32,000 nucleotides of DNA from Candidatus Heimdallarchaeota archaeon B3_Heim (GCA_003144275.1 NJBF01000033.1:1-32000); one strand, 5' to 3'. Shown: positions 8,041 to 18,356, counted from the first letter of the stretch. Notes: generated from the sequence alone by a model not told the origin. Translations and numbers: made by a program.

Positions 8041-9753
8041 CTAAGATGTACTTAATGGTGGCAAGTCCAAGGTGGGAATCATAGATAAATCGATTTCAAA
8101 GGCCACTGCAGGCATGTAAATTTGCCATTTCTCAAGAATTGCTGGAGAAATTTCTCCAATAATACCTATTTGTTTATCTTTATGTAAGATTTTTGCCGTT
8201 CTTCCTTCTAAAAATTCAGAATCTACTAATGCTTCCAAGACAATAGTAATTCCTAATTGTGTAGCTAAAGAATCAAGAATGCTATGAGCATTTTCAAAAG
8301 AGATATCTGCATCTGTGAGGACAGCTGCCGTTTTTGTAAATGTGATTACACTCTTTTGGTTCTTTTTTACTACCTCCCCTACTTCAAAGATGTATTGAGG
8401 GTACTCGTTGTGAGTATTTCGAGATAAGAAGTCCAGGAGATTAGGAAGCAATCGTGATCGTAACACAGAATATGTTAAACTTACTGGATTTGCTATATGG
8501 ACATTATTCTTCAAGTTCTCTTGCTTTTGCCCCATAAAGTCTGCTATTTTTTCTGGTGCTGTAAGAGTGAAAGTAAGTACTTCCTGCAAAGCACACCCAC
8601 TCAAAATTTCTCTAACATAGTTTTCGCTAATACTTCGTTTTGAAAGATGTCCTATTGTCATAACTTTCCATTTAGTTGGTTCTATATTCATATATCCATA
8701 TGCCATAGCTATTTCTTCTGCGATATCAACCCAGTGAAGGAGATCTACACGATATGGAGGGTATTTGATCAAAAGAGAATTCTTCTTCTTTACTACATCA
8801 AAACGTCTTTTCTGTAATAGTTTCACCATGTCTGCTGGCTTTAAATTTAAGTTTAAGTATTTTTCAATATCTTTTGGATTAATAGTTAGTTCAAATGGCT
8901 CAGTATTTGGTGTGATTTGAATTTCTGAAGTATCTAGATATTTGGGAGGATATTGGATCTCGACACTGTATGCTTTGCCTCCCCGATCTCGTAACGCTTG
9001 AGTGATAATTGTAGTGACGGCATTAACAACTTCTAAATTGGTTCCTGTAACTTCCACAAGAACATCGGTTGTTTCCTCGGTTATTCTTCCAACATCATTA
9101 GAATTGATAATTGGAGGCATGGATAGAACGACTCCCCTATGATCCCGCAAGATTGGTAAATCACCTTTTTTAGGGAATATATCTCCATACTCAATCCCCT
9201 TTTCATGTTGAGAAAGAATCTGGCTTAATGTGAGTTTCTTCTCATATCCCAAGGGGACAAATGCTGTCGAACGGGGTGTTAAGTCGTACTGAATTGGGCT
9301 TTCAACCATTCCTAAATTGTAAATTCCAATCGAAGATCGTTTGCGTTTCCGACCGTAAGAAAAATCAACTTTTTCTTGGAGTTGCATAATTTGTTTAATT
9401 AAAAAATCTGAAAACGATAATCCTCTGATTATAGCAGCTCCAATATATGGTCGAACTGTTTTAAGTCTTGGGTCAACTTTGATAACATATCCACTTGGTT
9501 CAGCGGAGATATCTGGTAGGCCTGACTTCTCACCAGTTATTCCCTTGACTTCACGTGTTAAACCTTCCACACCCCAGCAATCTGGCCTATTAGAGGTTTT
9601 GCAGTCTATTTTAAGGAGATCATCATCTAAATCATGTTCCTCAATTTCACATTTCGCATAGCTAAAGAGGTCATCAAGGGCCTCAACTGTGGTACCTTGA
9701 GGAAGATTTAGTATAGATAATACATCATTATATGAAATTTTATAGCTAACCAT
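8041..9753 (-). CDS. pheT: Phenylalanine--tRNA ligase beta subunit (archaeal/eukaryotic type)
   Basis: NRPDCWGVEGLTRE, RPYIGAA, SMPPIINS, PPYRVDLLHWVDIAEEIAMAYGY, LRSRLLPNLL, FEVGEV; adjacent to pheS. Confidence 0.95.
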   Translation of the reverse strand: MVSYKISYNDVLSILNLPQGTTVEALDDLFSYAKCEIEEHDLDDDLLKIDCKTSNRPDCWGVEGLTREVKGITGEKSGLPDISAEPSGYVIKVDPRLKTVRPYIGAAIIRGLSFSDFLIKQIMQLQEKVDFSYGRKRKRSSIGIYNLGMVESPIQYDLTPRSTAFVPLGYEKKLTLSQILSQHEKGIEYGDIFPKKGDLPILRDHRGVVLSMPPIINSNDVGRITEETTDVLVEVTGTNLEVVNAVTTIITQALRDRGGKAYSVEIQYPPKYLDTSEIQITPNTEPFELTINPKDIEKYLNLNLKPADMVKLLQKRRFDVVKKKNSLLIKYPPYRVDLLHWVDIAEEIAMAYGYMNIEPTKWKVMTIGHLSKRSISENYVREILSGCALQEVLTFTLTAPEKIADFMGQKQENLKNNVHIANPVSLTYSVLRSRLLPNLLDFLSRNTHNEYPQYIFEVGEVVKKNQKSVITFTKTAAVLTDADISFENAHSILDSLATQLGITIVLEALVDSEFLEGRTAKILHKDKQIGIIGEISPAILEKWQIYMPAVAFEIDLSMIPTLDLPPLSTS

Positions 9754-9765
9754 CTCAATTCATCC

Positions 9766-11256
9766 TCAAATTACAGGGACAGTCCGTAACCACTCCAGTT
9801 TCTGGGTGAATAATTCCCGAATATCATTGATTCCACGTTTGACCATGTATAACCTGTCAACTCCTATCCCCCAAGCAATGACTGGGTCTTTGATTTCAAA
9901 GGGGGCGGTGACTTCAGGTCGGAACATTCCTGCTCCGCCAAACTCTATATACCCTAATTTAGGATGTAATGCACTTAACTCTACTGATGGGCTAGTAAAC
10001 GGATAGTAATCAGGTCTAAATTTTACTTTTGTCGCCTCAGCAACTTCTACTGCAAATGTTTTTAAAATCCCCAGAAGATCTCTGAAAGTAATAGATGGAT
10101 CACATACAATTCCTTCTAATTGATTAAATTCAGATAGATGAGTCGCATCGACTGAATCGGGACGATAACATCGTGCAATAGAGAAAAATTTGGCTGGAAT
10201 TTCTAGATTGTAAAGCGTACGCGCACTTACTGATGTCCCCTGAGGCCTTAATAATAAGAGTGATGCTTTTTTAGGGCTCCAATTATAACGCCAACCTCGT
10301 GAACCTACAGGCTCTCCAGTTTCATGAACAGTCTTAACAGCATTAACGAGTTTCCTATCTTTAGGCAGTTTACCGTAAGGTGGATCCTGGATCGAATAAA
10401 CATCTGTTGGTTCACGAGCAGGATGATCTTGGGCGGCGAATAAGGCATCAAAATTCCAAAATTCTGTTTCAACGATTGGGCCTCGCATTTCCGAAAAGCC
10501 TAATCCAAGAAGCTTCTCTTTTACTTCCTGTAAGAAGAGTAGATAGGGATGTTTTCTACCAATTGGTATATGTTTTGGTCGTGTGGCGATTTTATACTTC
10601 TTCAATTGCAATGATCGCCATTCGCCTGTTCGAATTTGATCAGGGGTCAATTTAGAGACAGTTTGGACGATTTTTAATTTCGGTAAAGATTTCACTCCTA
10701 GCGGTGTTATCTCGACTATCGTCTTTTGACGATCTTTCGTTTCTACAAGCTTTCTACGAAGGAGGTGGTTCAAAATCTGTTCTTGTATTTCATTGGAGGC
10801 ATTATCCGCGATTACCTGGAGCGCTTCCTCTAAGGTTTCGTTAATTCTTTGTGTTGCTTTAGTAAGAGTAACTTGTCCTTTTTCGATAGTGATAATCTTT
10901 TCTTTCCGTAGTTGGCCAATAGCAGCATTAACCGCCTGTTTTGGAAGACCTGTTGCTGTAGCTACGTTAGCAAGTGCAATCTTCTTCTGATTCTGTAAAA
11001 AAGTCAATAATAAATTCTCAGGCAATCCTGCTTTTAATACTCGCTTTCCTTCTGATGTCAATTCTATCAAAGTGATAAGTGAAGTGAGTCGTGAGACTAA
11101 ATCCTTTGACATGAGTTGAAACATGAGTAATTCAGTTTTTGCTCTCGGGATTTGTAATATTTCAGCTAATTCATCTAATGTTTTATTTTTGTATTTATTC
11201 ACAGCTTCTAAGAGCTGATTCATTTCTTTAGTTATCGATAAAGAATCATTATGCAC
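9766..11256 (-). CDS. pheS: Phenylalanine--tRNA ligase alpha subunit (archaeal long form with N-terminal HTH domains)
   Basis: GRKHPY, FWNFDALFAAQDHPAR, FSIARCYRPDSVDATHLSEFNQLEG, YYPFTSPS, EFGGAGMFRPEV, AWGIGVDRL. Confidence 0.97.
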   Translation of the reverse strand: MHNDSLSITKEMNQLLEAVNKYKNKTLDELAEILQIPRAKTELLMFQLMSKDLVSRLTSLITLIELTSEGKRVLKAGLPENLLLTFLQNQKKIALANVATATGLPKQAVNAAIGQLRKEKIITIEKGQVTLTKATQRINETLEEALQVIADNASNEIQEQILNHLLRRKLVETKDRQKTIVEITPLGVKSLPKLKIVQTVSKLTPDQIRTGEWRSLQLKKYKIATRPKHIPIGRKHPYLLFLQEVKEKLLGLGFSEMRGPIVETEFWNFDALFAAQDHPAREPTDVYSIQDPPYGKLPKDRKLVNAVKTVHETGEPVGSRGWRYNWSPKKASLLLLRPQGTSVSARTLYNLEIPAKFFSIARCYRPDSVDATHLSEFNQLEGIVCDPSITFRDLLGILKTFAVEVAEATKVKFRPDYYPFTSPSVELSALHPKLGYIEFGGAGMFRPEVTAPFEIKDPVIAWGIGVDRLYMVKRGINDIRELFTQKLEWLRTVPVI

Positions 11257-11441
11257 TTATGAGAACTCCTTCTTACGAATCCTTACATCTTTGATTTAAA
11301 AGTTAAATAAGAATAAACTTTTAGGACATTCTTCCTCTCTTCCGTAAAATAGACTCATAAATGTATAAAAGACACAAATCTGCAACCAAGAATAACAAAA
11401 GTCAAAACTTAGTACATATGGATCTATGGAGATAGGTATAG

Positions 11442-12122
11442 ATGGAAAAATCAATGTCCCTGATAAAGTTGTATGGTCCCGGAATCCCGTTTGCATTAAG
11501 AATATTAGAACATTTCAAAGCTGAACTTGTAACAGGGAAAAATTCTGAATTTCTTTCAAAGATTAGTCAAGCTCATCCCTATATTGGAGAGGAAGCAGAT
11601 TATGAATTTGTATGGAAAAATGTACCAGAAACATTGGACATTTTGTCATTGATAGAGATACTAGATGAAAAAATAGCTGAAAGTGAAGCAAAATATAGTA
11701 TAACGACGAAAGTTCCAGAAGAAGACATCCTAATTTACAATTTTGACTCTCCCAAGGTCAAAGGAGTTGCTTATACTTTCTTCCGTATTCACGGCCCAAG
11801 CTTGTCAAAGGCAATAAATATCTTGAACAAAGAGATAACAAATAAAATTCCTGGAATTCAACTCTCTAAGGGGATCCTACTTGGTAAATACGATTATGTA
11901 ATTGAATGGTTACGAATCCCAACTGTGAGCGATATAATTGGCCTTCTTGAACGAATTGATTCTGTTTTAAAAGATACAGGTGTGACTTATAATGTCACCA
12001 CTAAAAGCAAGCTTAAATTACATACGGATCCCCTAGACAAGAAACAAGAAAAACAAATAATGGAAATCGGAGCCCCGTCACCGAGTTTTACCATTGAAAC
12101 AGGATCTGAAAATAACAAATAA
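11442..12122 (+). CDS. Uncharacterised protein with two tandem ferredoxin-like (RAM/ACT-like) domains and no HTH
   Basis: Internal duplication (aa 5-90 vs 111-188); second copy has the Lrp/AsnC-like 'LGKYDY' turn. Confidence 0.6.
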   Translation: MEKSMSLIKLYGPGIPFALRILEHFKAELVTGKNSEFLSKISQAHPYIGEEADYEFVWKNVPETLDILSLIEILDEKIAESEAKYSITTKVPEEDILIYNFDSPKVKGVAYTFFRIHGPSLSKAINILNKEITNKIPGIQLSKGILLGKYDYVIEWLRIPTVSDIIGLLERIDSVLKDTGVTYNVTTKSKLKLHTDPLDKKQEKQIMEIGAPSPSFTIETGSENNK

Positions 12123-12133
12123 GGTGTCTTCCA

Positions 12134-12436
12134 GTGAAGAAAAAAATAATCGCTGAACTATCAACTTATCCAGTGGGCGAAGGAACGAGTTTAAGTCAAT
12201 ATGTAAAGAAAGCTGTGGATGTAATTGACCGATATCCAGATATTCGCGTAGTTCATCATCCTATGGGAACTGTGATTGAAGCTGATGACTTGAGTCAGAT
12301 TTTTGAAGTAGCTCGTCTAGCTCATGAAGCTATCTTATCTACAGGAGCCAATCGCGTGATCACACAATTGAAAATCGATGATCGTCGGGATAAAGTTAGG
12401 AGGATGGAAGATAAGGTCTCTGCGGTAACTAAGTAA
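12134..12436 (+). CDS. MTH1187-family thiamine-binding protein
   Basis: IAELSTYPVGEGTSLSQYVKKAV, HPMGTVIEA, RVITQLKIDDRRDK...KV motifs; GTG start with SD AGGTG. Confidence 0.9.
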   Translation: MKKKIIAELSTYPVGEGTSLSQYVKKAVDVIDRYPDIRVVHHPMGTVIEADDLSQIFEVARLAHEAILSTGANRVITQLKIDDRRDKVRRMEDKVSAVTK

Positions 12437-12444
12437 TCCTTGAT

Positions 12445-12867
12445 TTACTCTAACCAAGTTTCATGCACATGTAGCCAGCTTATATCGTTATAATTATTGG
12501 TAGCTTTCTCAAAAATGGCTGTACTCAATCGACCTTTCTTGTTTGAGTTATTCTCGTGCCATTCTTCATATGTTACAATGTAAATAAAGTTAAATTCTCC
12601 TTTATACGTGTAGTTTTCAATCCATATTCTCATTGGATCTTTTTTGGAATCTCGTGATCCATATGCATCCCAAATCCCCTGAATAACTTCCTTCCTTTTC
12701 CTTTCTTTCCCATCTGGAGATATTAAGACAAACTTGGGATGGAGTACTGTGGTCAGTCGTTGGAAGATCAGATTGGATTTATGGAGTTCTCCGTTAAACC
12801 ACTTTTGAAAGAAGGTGTGAAGTTCATTTAATTCTGATTGACATACAGATTTCAATTTTTTTCCCAA
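12445..12867 (-). CDS. NTF2-like/SnoaL-like (DUF4440-type) protein
   Basis: ELHTFFQKWFNG, LHPKFVLISPDG, YEEW, STAIF, WLHVHETW pattern; start uncertain (TTG). Confidence 0.7.
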   Translation of the reverse strand: MGKKLKSVCQSELNELHTFFQKWFNGELHKSNLIFQRLTTVLHPKFVLISPDGKERKRKEVIQGIWDAYGSRDSKKDPMRIWIENYTYKGEFNFIYIVTYEEWHENNSNKKGRLSTAIFEKATNNYNDISWLHVHETWLE

Positions 12868-12891
12868 AAAAAAAGGAGGATGGAAGTGGAG

Positions 12892-13155
12892 TTATCTATC
12901 AGACCCTAAAGCCTTCAATAATTGACAGATTGCTACCGCAAAAAAGCAATATGCCCAAAATTGCATCATTCCCCAGAAATCATGATTTTTAAAGATATCT
13001 CCCACAATTCCTTCTGTAGTGAACATAAACTGGTTGAAAACCAGACCATCCGCGAAATCTAACGGATTAGCCGTTTGTACAGCAAAATCTAAGACCGAAA
13101 ATGCACAAAGAGCAATAAAAACAAATTGTACGATTGAAAGTGACTTATATCCCAT
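12892..13155 (-). CDS. Small membrane protein (2 predicted TM segments), unknown function
   Basis: Two hydrophobic stretches; ATG with upstream GAGG. Confidence 0.65.
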   Translation of the reverse strand: MGYKSLSIVQFVFIALCAFSVLDFAVQTANPLDFADGLVFNQFMFTTEGIVGDIFKNHDFWGMMQFWAYCFFAVAICQLLKALGSDR

Positions 13156-13305
13156 AATTTTTTCCTCATTTACTTTTTAAAGGCACTTTATTGCCTATTC
13201 CTTTAATCTATAGAACATACAATTTAAAGGTTTCTCAGCTCAGTTTCTTTATTTGTAGTGTTTGTCCCAGATACTTTAAATGAAATTAATCGGGAAGATC
13301 TCTAA

Positions 13306-15312
13306 ATGGTAAACCAAAAAAGACGGAAAAAAACCCGAACAAGCTCTTTCGGTTCATCAAAAAGAGAAAGCCACGATGCTTCCCTTTTTTATAGGAGCAA
13401 ATTATATCAAAATCAGCCGATAGAAACTTCATCGACACAGACGGTAAATCAATTTCCATCTGAATATGAGAATTGTATTTTTTCTAAGTCCGCAGAAAGA
13501 ATGAAGGAAATTCCTGATAATAGCATTCATTTAATGATTTCTTCCCCTCCTTATAATTCATCTAAGGAATATGATGAAGATTTAAGTTTAGAAGAATACC
13601 TAGCATTCTTGAATCGTGTGTGGACTGAAGTCCAACGAGTTCTCATTCCAGGAGGGAGAGCCTGTATTAATATAGCAAATCTTGGCCGAAAACCATACAT
13701 TCCCCTTCATTCCTACATTATCAATTGTATGGATCAACTTGGCTTTCTCATGCGGGGAGAAATCATTTGGGATAAATCAGCCAGTGCAGGTACATCCACC
13801 GCCTGGGGTTGTTTTGACGATAAAACGCGTGTATTAACGAATAATGGATTAAAACTCTTTAAAGATGTCAATATGTCCTCTGATCTTTTTCCAACATTTA
13901 ATATTGAAGAAAATTCGATACAATATCAAAAAGCATTCGATTTCATTGAGAAACGGTTTGAGGGAGAGATGTACAAGATAAGTAATAAAAATTTCAATCT
14001 CGTCCTAACTCCAAACCATAATGTACTATACGTGTCACGAAAATACATACGTTCAGGTTCAATGCCCAAATTTTTATTCAAACCGATCAAAGAGTTGGCT
14101 CTTGATTCATTTTTCTATATCCCGAAGAAATATGGGGGTAGTTATAATTCAGGCAAGAATCTTTCACATTATTCCATTCCTAACACTACTTGCGGTAAAA
14201 GAACTAATAAAGAATATATAGAGAAAGATACTCTAAATATTGAAATGAACTCATGGTTGAAATTTTTAGGAATCTTCTTAACTGATGGGAGTGTATACTT
14301 CTCAACAAAAAATAGACAATATAAAGTTTCAATATTTCAGAAGAAAGAGAACTTCTTGGAGGAAATTCAAGATCTTTTACAAGAATTGCCATTTGATTTC
14401 AAACATAAACCATCGAAATACGAATACTACATCTGTAATAAAAGATTAGCCTCACTTTTATCAAAGTGGAAAGGGAAGAACAAGTTGATATTTCCAGAAT
14501 TCATTCATGATCTATCCATTTCACAAAAGCGAATTTTTGTTGAATGGCTTTTCAAAGGAGATGGATCATTTCATAAAGATGGAAGTCTCAGATACTTCGC
14601 AACAATTTCAATAAATTTCCGTGACAATTTATTTCATTTACTGTTGCAATTGGGCTATAATTTCTCTTTTTATAAGCAAAGTGACAAGTCTAGTCTGAGC
14701 AAAAATCCGATACCAATTTATCGAATTAACCTGAAGAAGAGTGATTACTATTACATAAGGAAAAGAAATATTACTACAACTCCGTATGATGGGAAGGTAT
14801 ATTGTGTCTCTGTTCCTAATAGAGTTCTATTTGTTGAACGTAATGGGAAATTCACCTGGTGCGGTAATAGCTGGCAGTCAGCATCCAATCCTACCCTAAG
14901 AGATGTGCATGAATATATCCTTATTTTTTCTAAAAGCGTGTACAAAAGAAATAAACCCGATAAAAGTTCAGATAGCATAACTCGCGATGAATTCCTCACA
15001 AATACCAAGAGTGTGTGGACCTTTCCAACCGAATCTGCAAAGAGAATTGGTCATCCAGCCCCCTTCCCAATTGAATTACCTTATCGTTTGATTCAACTAT
15101 ATTCCTTTCAAGAAGACATTGTGTTGGATCCTTTTATGGGGAGTGGTCAAACGGCTATTGCTGCATTAAAATCCTCACGTCGCTTTGTGGGGTATGACAT
15201 CAACCAAGATTATGTGGACTTAGCTAATAGACGCGTTAAACAATTCAAAGATGAACAAAGTCGTAAAAAGTTGGATAATTTTCTTCCCTCCCTCAGTGAA
15301 AATTCAGAATAA
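13306..15312 (+). CDS. Site-specific DNA amino-methyltransferase, beta class (SPPY, probably N4-cytosine), intein-containing; mature extein ~315 aa
   Basis: SPPY (13543-13554) precedes IIWDK, HEYILIFSK, HPAPFP and DPFMGSG (15127-15147), the beta permutation; splicing restores GTSTAWG|SWQSASNPTLRDVHEY. Confidence 0.92.
   Translation: MVNQKRRKKTRTSSFGSSKRESHDASLFYRSKLYQNQPIETSSTQTVNQFPSEYENCIFSKSAERMKEIPDNSIHLMISSPPYNSSKEYDEDLSLEEYLAFLNRVWTEVQRVLIPGGRACINIANLGRKPYIPLHSYIINCMDQLGFLMRGEIIWDKSASAGTSTAWGCFDDKTRVLTNNGLKLFKDVNMSSDLFPTFNIEENSIQYQKAFDFIEKRFEGEMYKISNKNFNLVLTPNHNVLYVSRKYIRSGSMPKFLFKPIKELALDSFFYIPKKYGGSYNSGKNLSHYSIPNTTCGKRTNKEYIEKDTLNIEMNSWLKFLGIFLTDGSVYFSTKNRQYKVSIFQKKENFLEEIQDLLQELPFDFKHKPSKYEYYICNKRLASLLSKWKGKNKLIFPEFIHDLSISQKRIFVEWLFKGDGSFHKDGSLRYFATISINFRDNLFHLLLQLGYNFSFYKQSDKSSLSKNPIPIYRINLKKSDYYYIRKRNITTTPYDGKVYCVSVPNRVLFVERNGKFTWCGNSWQSASNPTLRDVHEYILIFSKSVYKRNKPDKSSDSITRDEFLTNTKSVWTFPTESAKRIGHPAPFPIELPYRLIQLYSFQEDIVLDPFMGSGQTAIAALKSSRRFVGYDINQDYVDLANRRVKQFKDEQSRKKLDNFLPSLSENSE
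13810..14868 (+). mobile_element. Intein (353 aa, C169-N521) with double-motif LAGLIDADG homing endonuclease
   Basis: Block A CFDDKTRVLT; block B TPNH; motifs FLGIFLTDGS (14263-14292) and FVEWLFKGDGS (14536-14568); block F YDGKVYCVSV; terminal WCGN followed by Ser(+1). Confidence 0.93.
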
Positions 15313-15326
15313 TCCTGGAACTTTTT

Positions 15327-16088
15327 TTATTGCATAAAATAGCTAAAATCATCTAATCGTAGGGGTTTAGGTGTTACTAAATGTTCTGCATACTCAACAC
15401 CGATCCGTGAACCCAGATTCCGATTCCATTCCATGATTACACTGGGGAAATGTCTCAACCCCTGAGTAGCTTTGGGTTCGAACCCTTGGGATTTATACAC
15501 CAGTATTGCTTCTTCTTTAATATCTATGGTATCACTGATATCTACAAAGAAAGAGGTATAATTCTCGGGGTGAAGATCAATGAAACGAACTGGAAAATAT
15601 AATAACGATTTAATTCTATGAACAGGCAAATGATTGAAGTATTTTTCCCATTTTGTCAATCGACTGTAAAATGTTGCAGCTTCCACAATTTGTTGAGCTT
15701 GATTATGATCTGGAGAAGCTAGTATCGTCTTACCATACATGGCAATGACAATTTTTGGACGCCATTGACGAAAAATAGTTGCTAGTGTACATCTTGCTTC
15801 AAAAGTATCAAATAAACGACGATTTGGCAAATTAAGAGTGATTCGTTCTACCCCAAGAATTTTTGCTGATTTTTGTGCCTCTGCTAGCCGTACATCGGCA
15901 TAGTCCTCATCATGATCATCTGGACTTCGATATTTTTCATTTAGAGGGGTAGGTTCTGCAGTAGTCAGGTCAATAATTCCAGTTCTAATACCACTGCGTG
16001 CTAATTTCGCTAGTGTTCCTCCAACTCCTAATTCTACATCATCGGGATGGGCTCCAATTGCTACTACTTCTATTGGTTCTTCAGACAT
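15327..16088 (-). CDS. PIG-L/LmbE-family deacetylase (BshB1-like)
   Basis: GAHPDDVELGVGGTL, DLT..E, R..EA, PDH, AILVYKSQ, GSRIGVEYAE; ATG 16088 preferred over GTG 16100. Confidence 0.88.
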   Translation of the reverse strand: MSEEPIEVVAIGAHPDDVELGVGGTLAKLARSGIRTGIIDLTTAEPTPLNEKYRSPDDHDEDYADVRLAEAQKSAKILGVERITLNLPNRRLFDTFEARCTLATIFRQWRPKIVIAMYGKTILASPDHNQAQQIVEAATFYSRLTKWEKYFNHLPVHRIKSLLYFPVRFIDLHPENYTSFFVDISDTIDIKEEAILVYKSQGFEPKATQGLRHFPSVIMEWNRNLGSRIGVEYAEHLVTPKPLRLDDFSYFMQ

Positions 16089-16265
16089 TATGTACTCCAC
16101 ATTCCAATATCATTTGACATATCACTCGACTTCTTCCCTTTAAATTTCCTTCATTTAAGGCAATTATAAATTATCAATGATAGTTGAAATCAAAAACTTA
16201 CGAAAACGCATCATTCACCTTTAACTCCTTTATACATATCTTGCATTAGAGGATCGGAGATTCTT

Positions 16266-18356
16266 GTGAGCGATCAAAAACCAAATTATTTAATTAATGA
16301 AACCAGTTCTTACCTTCTTCAACATGCTTACAACCCAGTTGAATGGTTTACGTGGGATAAAGGACTTAAAAAGGCTAAAGAAGTAAACAAACCTATTCTA
16401 ATATCTATTGGCTACGCCGCGTGTCATTGGTGTCACGTAATGCAACATGAGTCCTTTGAAGATCCTGAAACTGCGGAATTAATGAATGAGCTCTTCGTTT
16501 CAATTAAAATTGATCGTGAAGAACGTCCCGATCTTGACAACACGCTCCAAACTGCGGTTGCACGTTTATCAGGGGGACGAGGAGGGTGGCCCTTGACGGC
16601 ATTCGCAACATCGTCTGGACAGGTTTTTGCAGGGGGAACTTATTTTCCAAAAGAATCGTCATATGGGTTACCTGGATTTAAGCAGGTTCTTCGCTTTATT
16701 ATTGAAGAATACGAGAAAGATCCTGAAAAAATTAAATCGTTGACTGAGAATAATTTATCGTTCTTAAGGGAATCTTACAATATAAAATCCATTGCTGGTA
16801 GCACAGAGAAGATTTCTACAATAAGGAATATTACATTTGGTAGATTAAGTGAGACTTATGATTCAGTCTTCGGAGGGTTTGGATTTCAACCCAAATTTCC
16901 GAATGTAAGTGATTTGCGATTGTTATTAGCGGAATCTCATCGCACGAAAAATCAGACCTTTCTAGATATGGTCATTACAACACTGAATCATCTAGCAGGT
17001 GGGGGAATATATGATCAGTTAGGATTTGGGTTTCATCGGTATTCTACTGATAGAAAATGGTTAATCCCACATTTTGAGAAAATGCTGTACGATAATGCAC
17101 AACTCCTTTTATTATATTTAGAAACTTTTCAATTGACACAAAATAAACCGTACGCCGATATATCTAAGGAAATTATTACCTACTTAAGACATGAAATGCA
17201 ATCTTCTGATGAATTATTTTTTTCCTCACAAGATGCAGATTCTGAGGGAAGAGAAGGAGCGTTTTTTGTCTGGAAAGAAAAAGAAATCTTAGATATCTTA
17301 GGTGAAAAAGATGGCACTATCTTTAATCGTTGCTTTGGAGTAACTTCTGAAGGCAATTTTGAGAATGGTTATTCTGTGCTTCATGAAAGAGAGGATATAC
17401 AACATGTCCTTACTCATGGTGAGATTACATGGGAAAAAATTTCCCAATTAAAGCAGAAATTATTTTTACATAGAGAAAAACGGGTTAAACCGGTTTTAAA
17501 CGATAATATTATTCTGTCTTGGAATGCGATTACCATCCTTGCCTTTGCTCGTGCTTCCTTCATTTTGAGTGATCCTGAATATTTAGATGTGGCAGAGCAA
17601 TCACTTAATTCTTTAGTAACTCTACTTCAAGATCAAGCGACAGGTCGTTTGCGACGCACATTTCGGAAGCAACCTCGCGGGTGGGCTTTTTCGGAAGATT
17701 ACACTCTCTTGATACAGGCTATCTTAGAACTCTTTGGTTTAACTGGCAAAAGAAAATACTTGGAATTGTCTTTACAGTTTCAACGGATCTTAGACGATCA
17801 TTTTTGGGATGAAACCAATTCGGGGTACTATTTTACTGGTTCATGGGTAAAAGATACCATTGTACGGGAAAAACCTGTGATAACGTTTTCAATTCCCAAT
17901 TCTAATGCCGTTGCTTTGGAAAATCTCCTTAAATTATATCATTATACTGGTGAAAGTGATTTTCTTAAAAGAGCGGATGCTCAAGTGGCGTTCCTCCTCG
18001 GTTGGTTCGAAGAATATGAAACTTTCAATGGAGAGGCCTTACTCTCCCTCAATTTATATGAACATAAACCAGTTGAATGTATCTATTTTGGAGGTTCTGA
18101 TCTTAGCGAGACAGATAAAATAATGGATTATTATCGGAGTACTTTTCTCCCAAATTCAATTTTCCTTAATGTTTCAAAAGAGACGTTCAACGATTTGAAG
18201 GACTTGCCTTTAGTTCGTGATCGATTCAAAGAATCTTTGGAGTATCCTTTGGGCAAGGCAACAACTTTCATTTGTAAAGATCTCACTTGTTCAGTTCCTT
18301 TAAAAACAGGAACAGAAATCGATCTTTATTTAAATAGTGATTTGGGTGATAAATAG
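16266..18356 (+). CDS. YyaL/SSP411-family protein (thioredoxin-like DUF255 domain + six-hairpin glycosidase-like fold)
   Basis: [72 protein letters not shown]. Confidence 0.92.
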   Translation: MSDQKPNYLINETSSYLLQHAYNPVEWFTWDKGLKKAKEVNKPILISIGYAACHWCHVMQHESFEDPETAELMNELFVSIKIDREERPDLDNTLQTAVARLSGGRGGWPLTAFATSSGQVFAGGTYFPKESSYGLPGFKQVLRFIIEEYEKDPEKIKSLTENNLSFLRESYNIKSIAGSTEKISTIRNITFGRLSETYDSVFGGFGFQPKFPNVSDLRLLLAESHRTKNQTFLDMVITTLNHLAGGGIYDQLGFGFHRYSTDRKWLIPHFEKMLYDNAQLLLLYLETFQLTQNKPYADISKEIITYLRHEMQSSDELFFSSQDADSEGREGAFFVWKEKEILDILGEKDGTIFNRCFGVTSEGNFENGYSVLHEREDIQHVLTHGEITWEKISQLKQKLFLHREKRVKPVLNDNIILSWNAITILAFARASFILSDPEYLDVAEQSLNSLVTLLQDQATGRLRRTFRKQPRGWAFSEDYTLLIQAILELFGLTGKRKYLELSLQFQRILDDHFWDETNSGYYFTGSWVKDTIVREKPVITFSIPNSNAVALENLLKLYHYTGESDFLKRADAQVAFLLGWFEEYETFNGEALLSLNLYEHKPVECIYFGGSDLSETDKIMDYYRSTFLPNSIFLNVSKETFNDLKDLPLVRDRFKESLEYPLGKATTFICKDLTCSVPLKTGTEIDLYLNSDLGDK

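Noticed and set aside
12445-13155. The 87-aa membrane ORF and the NTF2-like ORF are in the same frame, separated by one stop and 8 codons (possible read-through fusion).
   Set aside because: The stop is TAA, the spacer is a terminator-like CCTCC-T9 tract, and same-frame adjacency occurs one time in three by chance.
13306-16100. Possible restriction-modification or defence island around the methyltransferase.
   Set aside because: Neighbours are a small membrane protein and a convergent deacetylase; no nuclease, helicase or specificity subunit other than the intein endonuclease.
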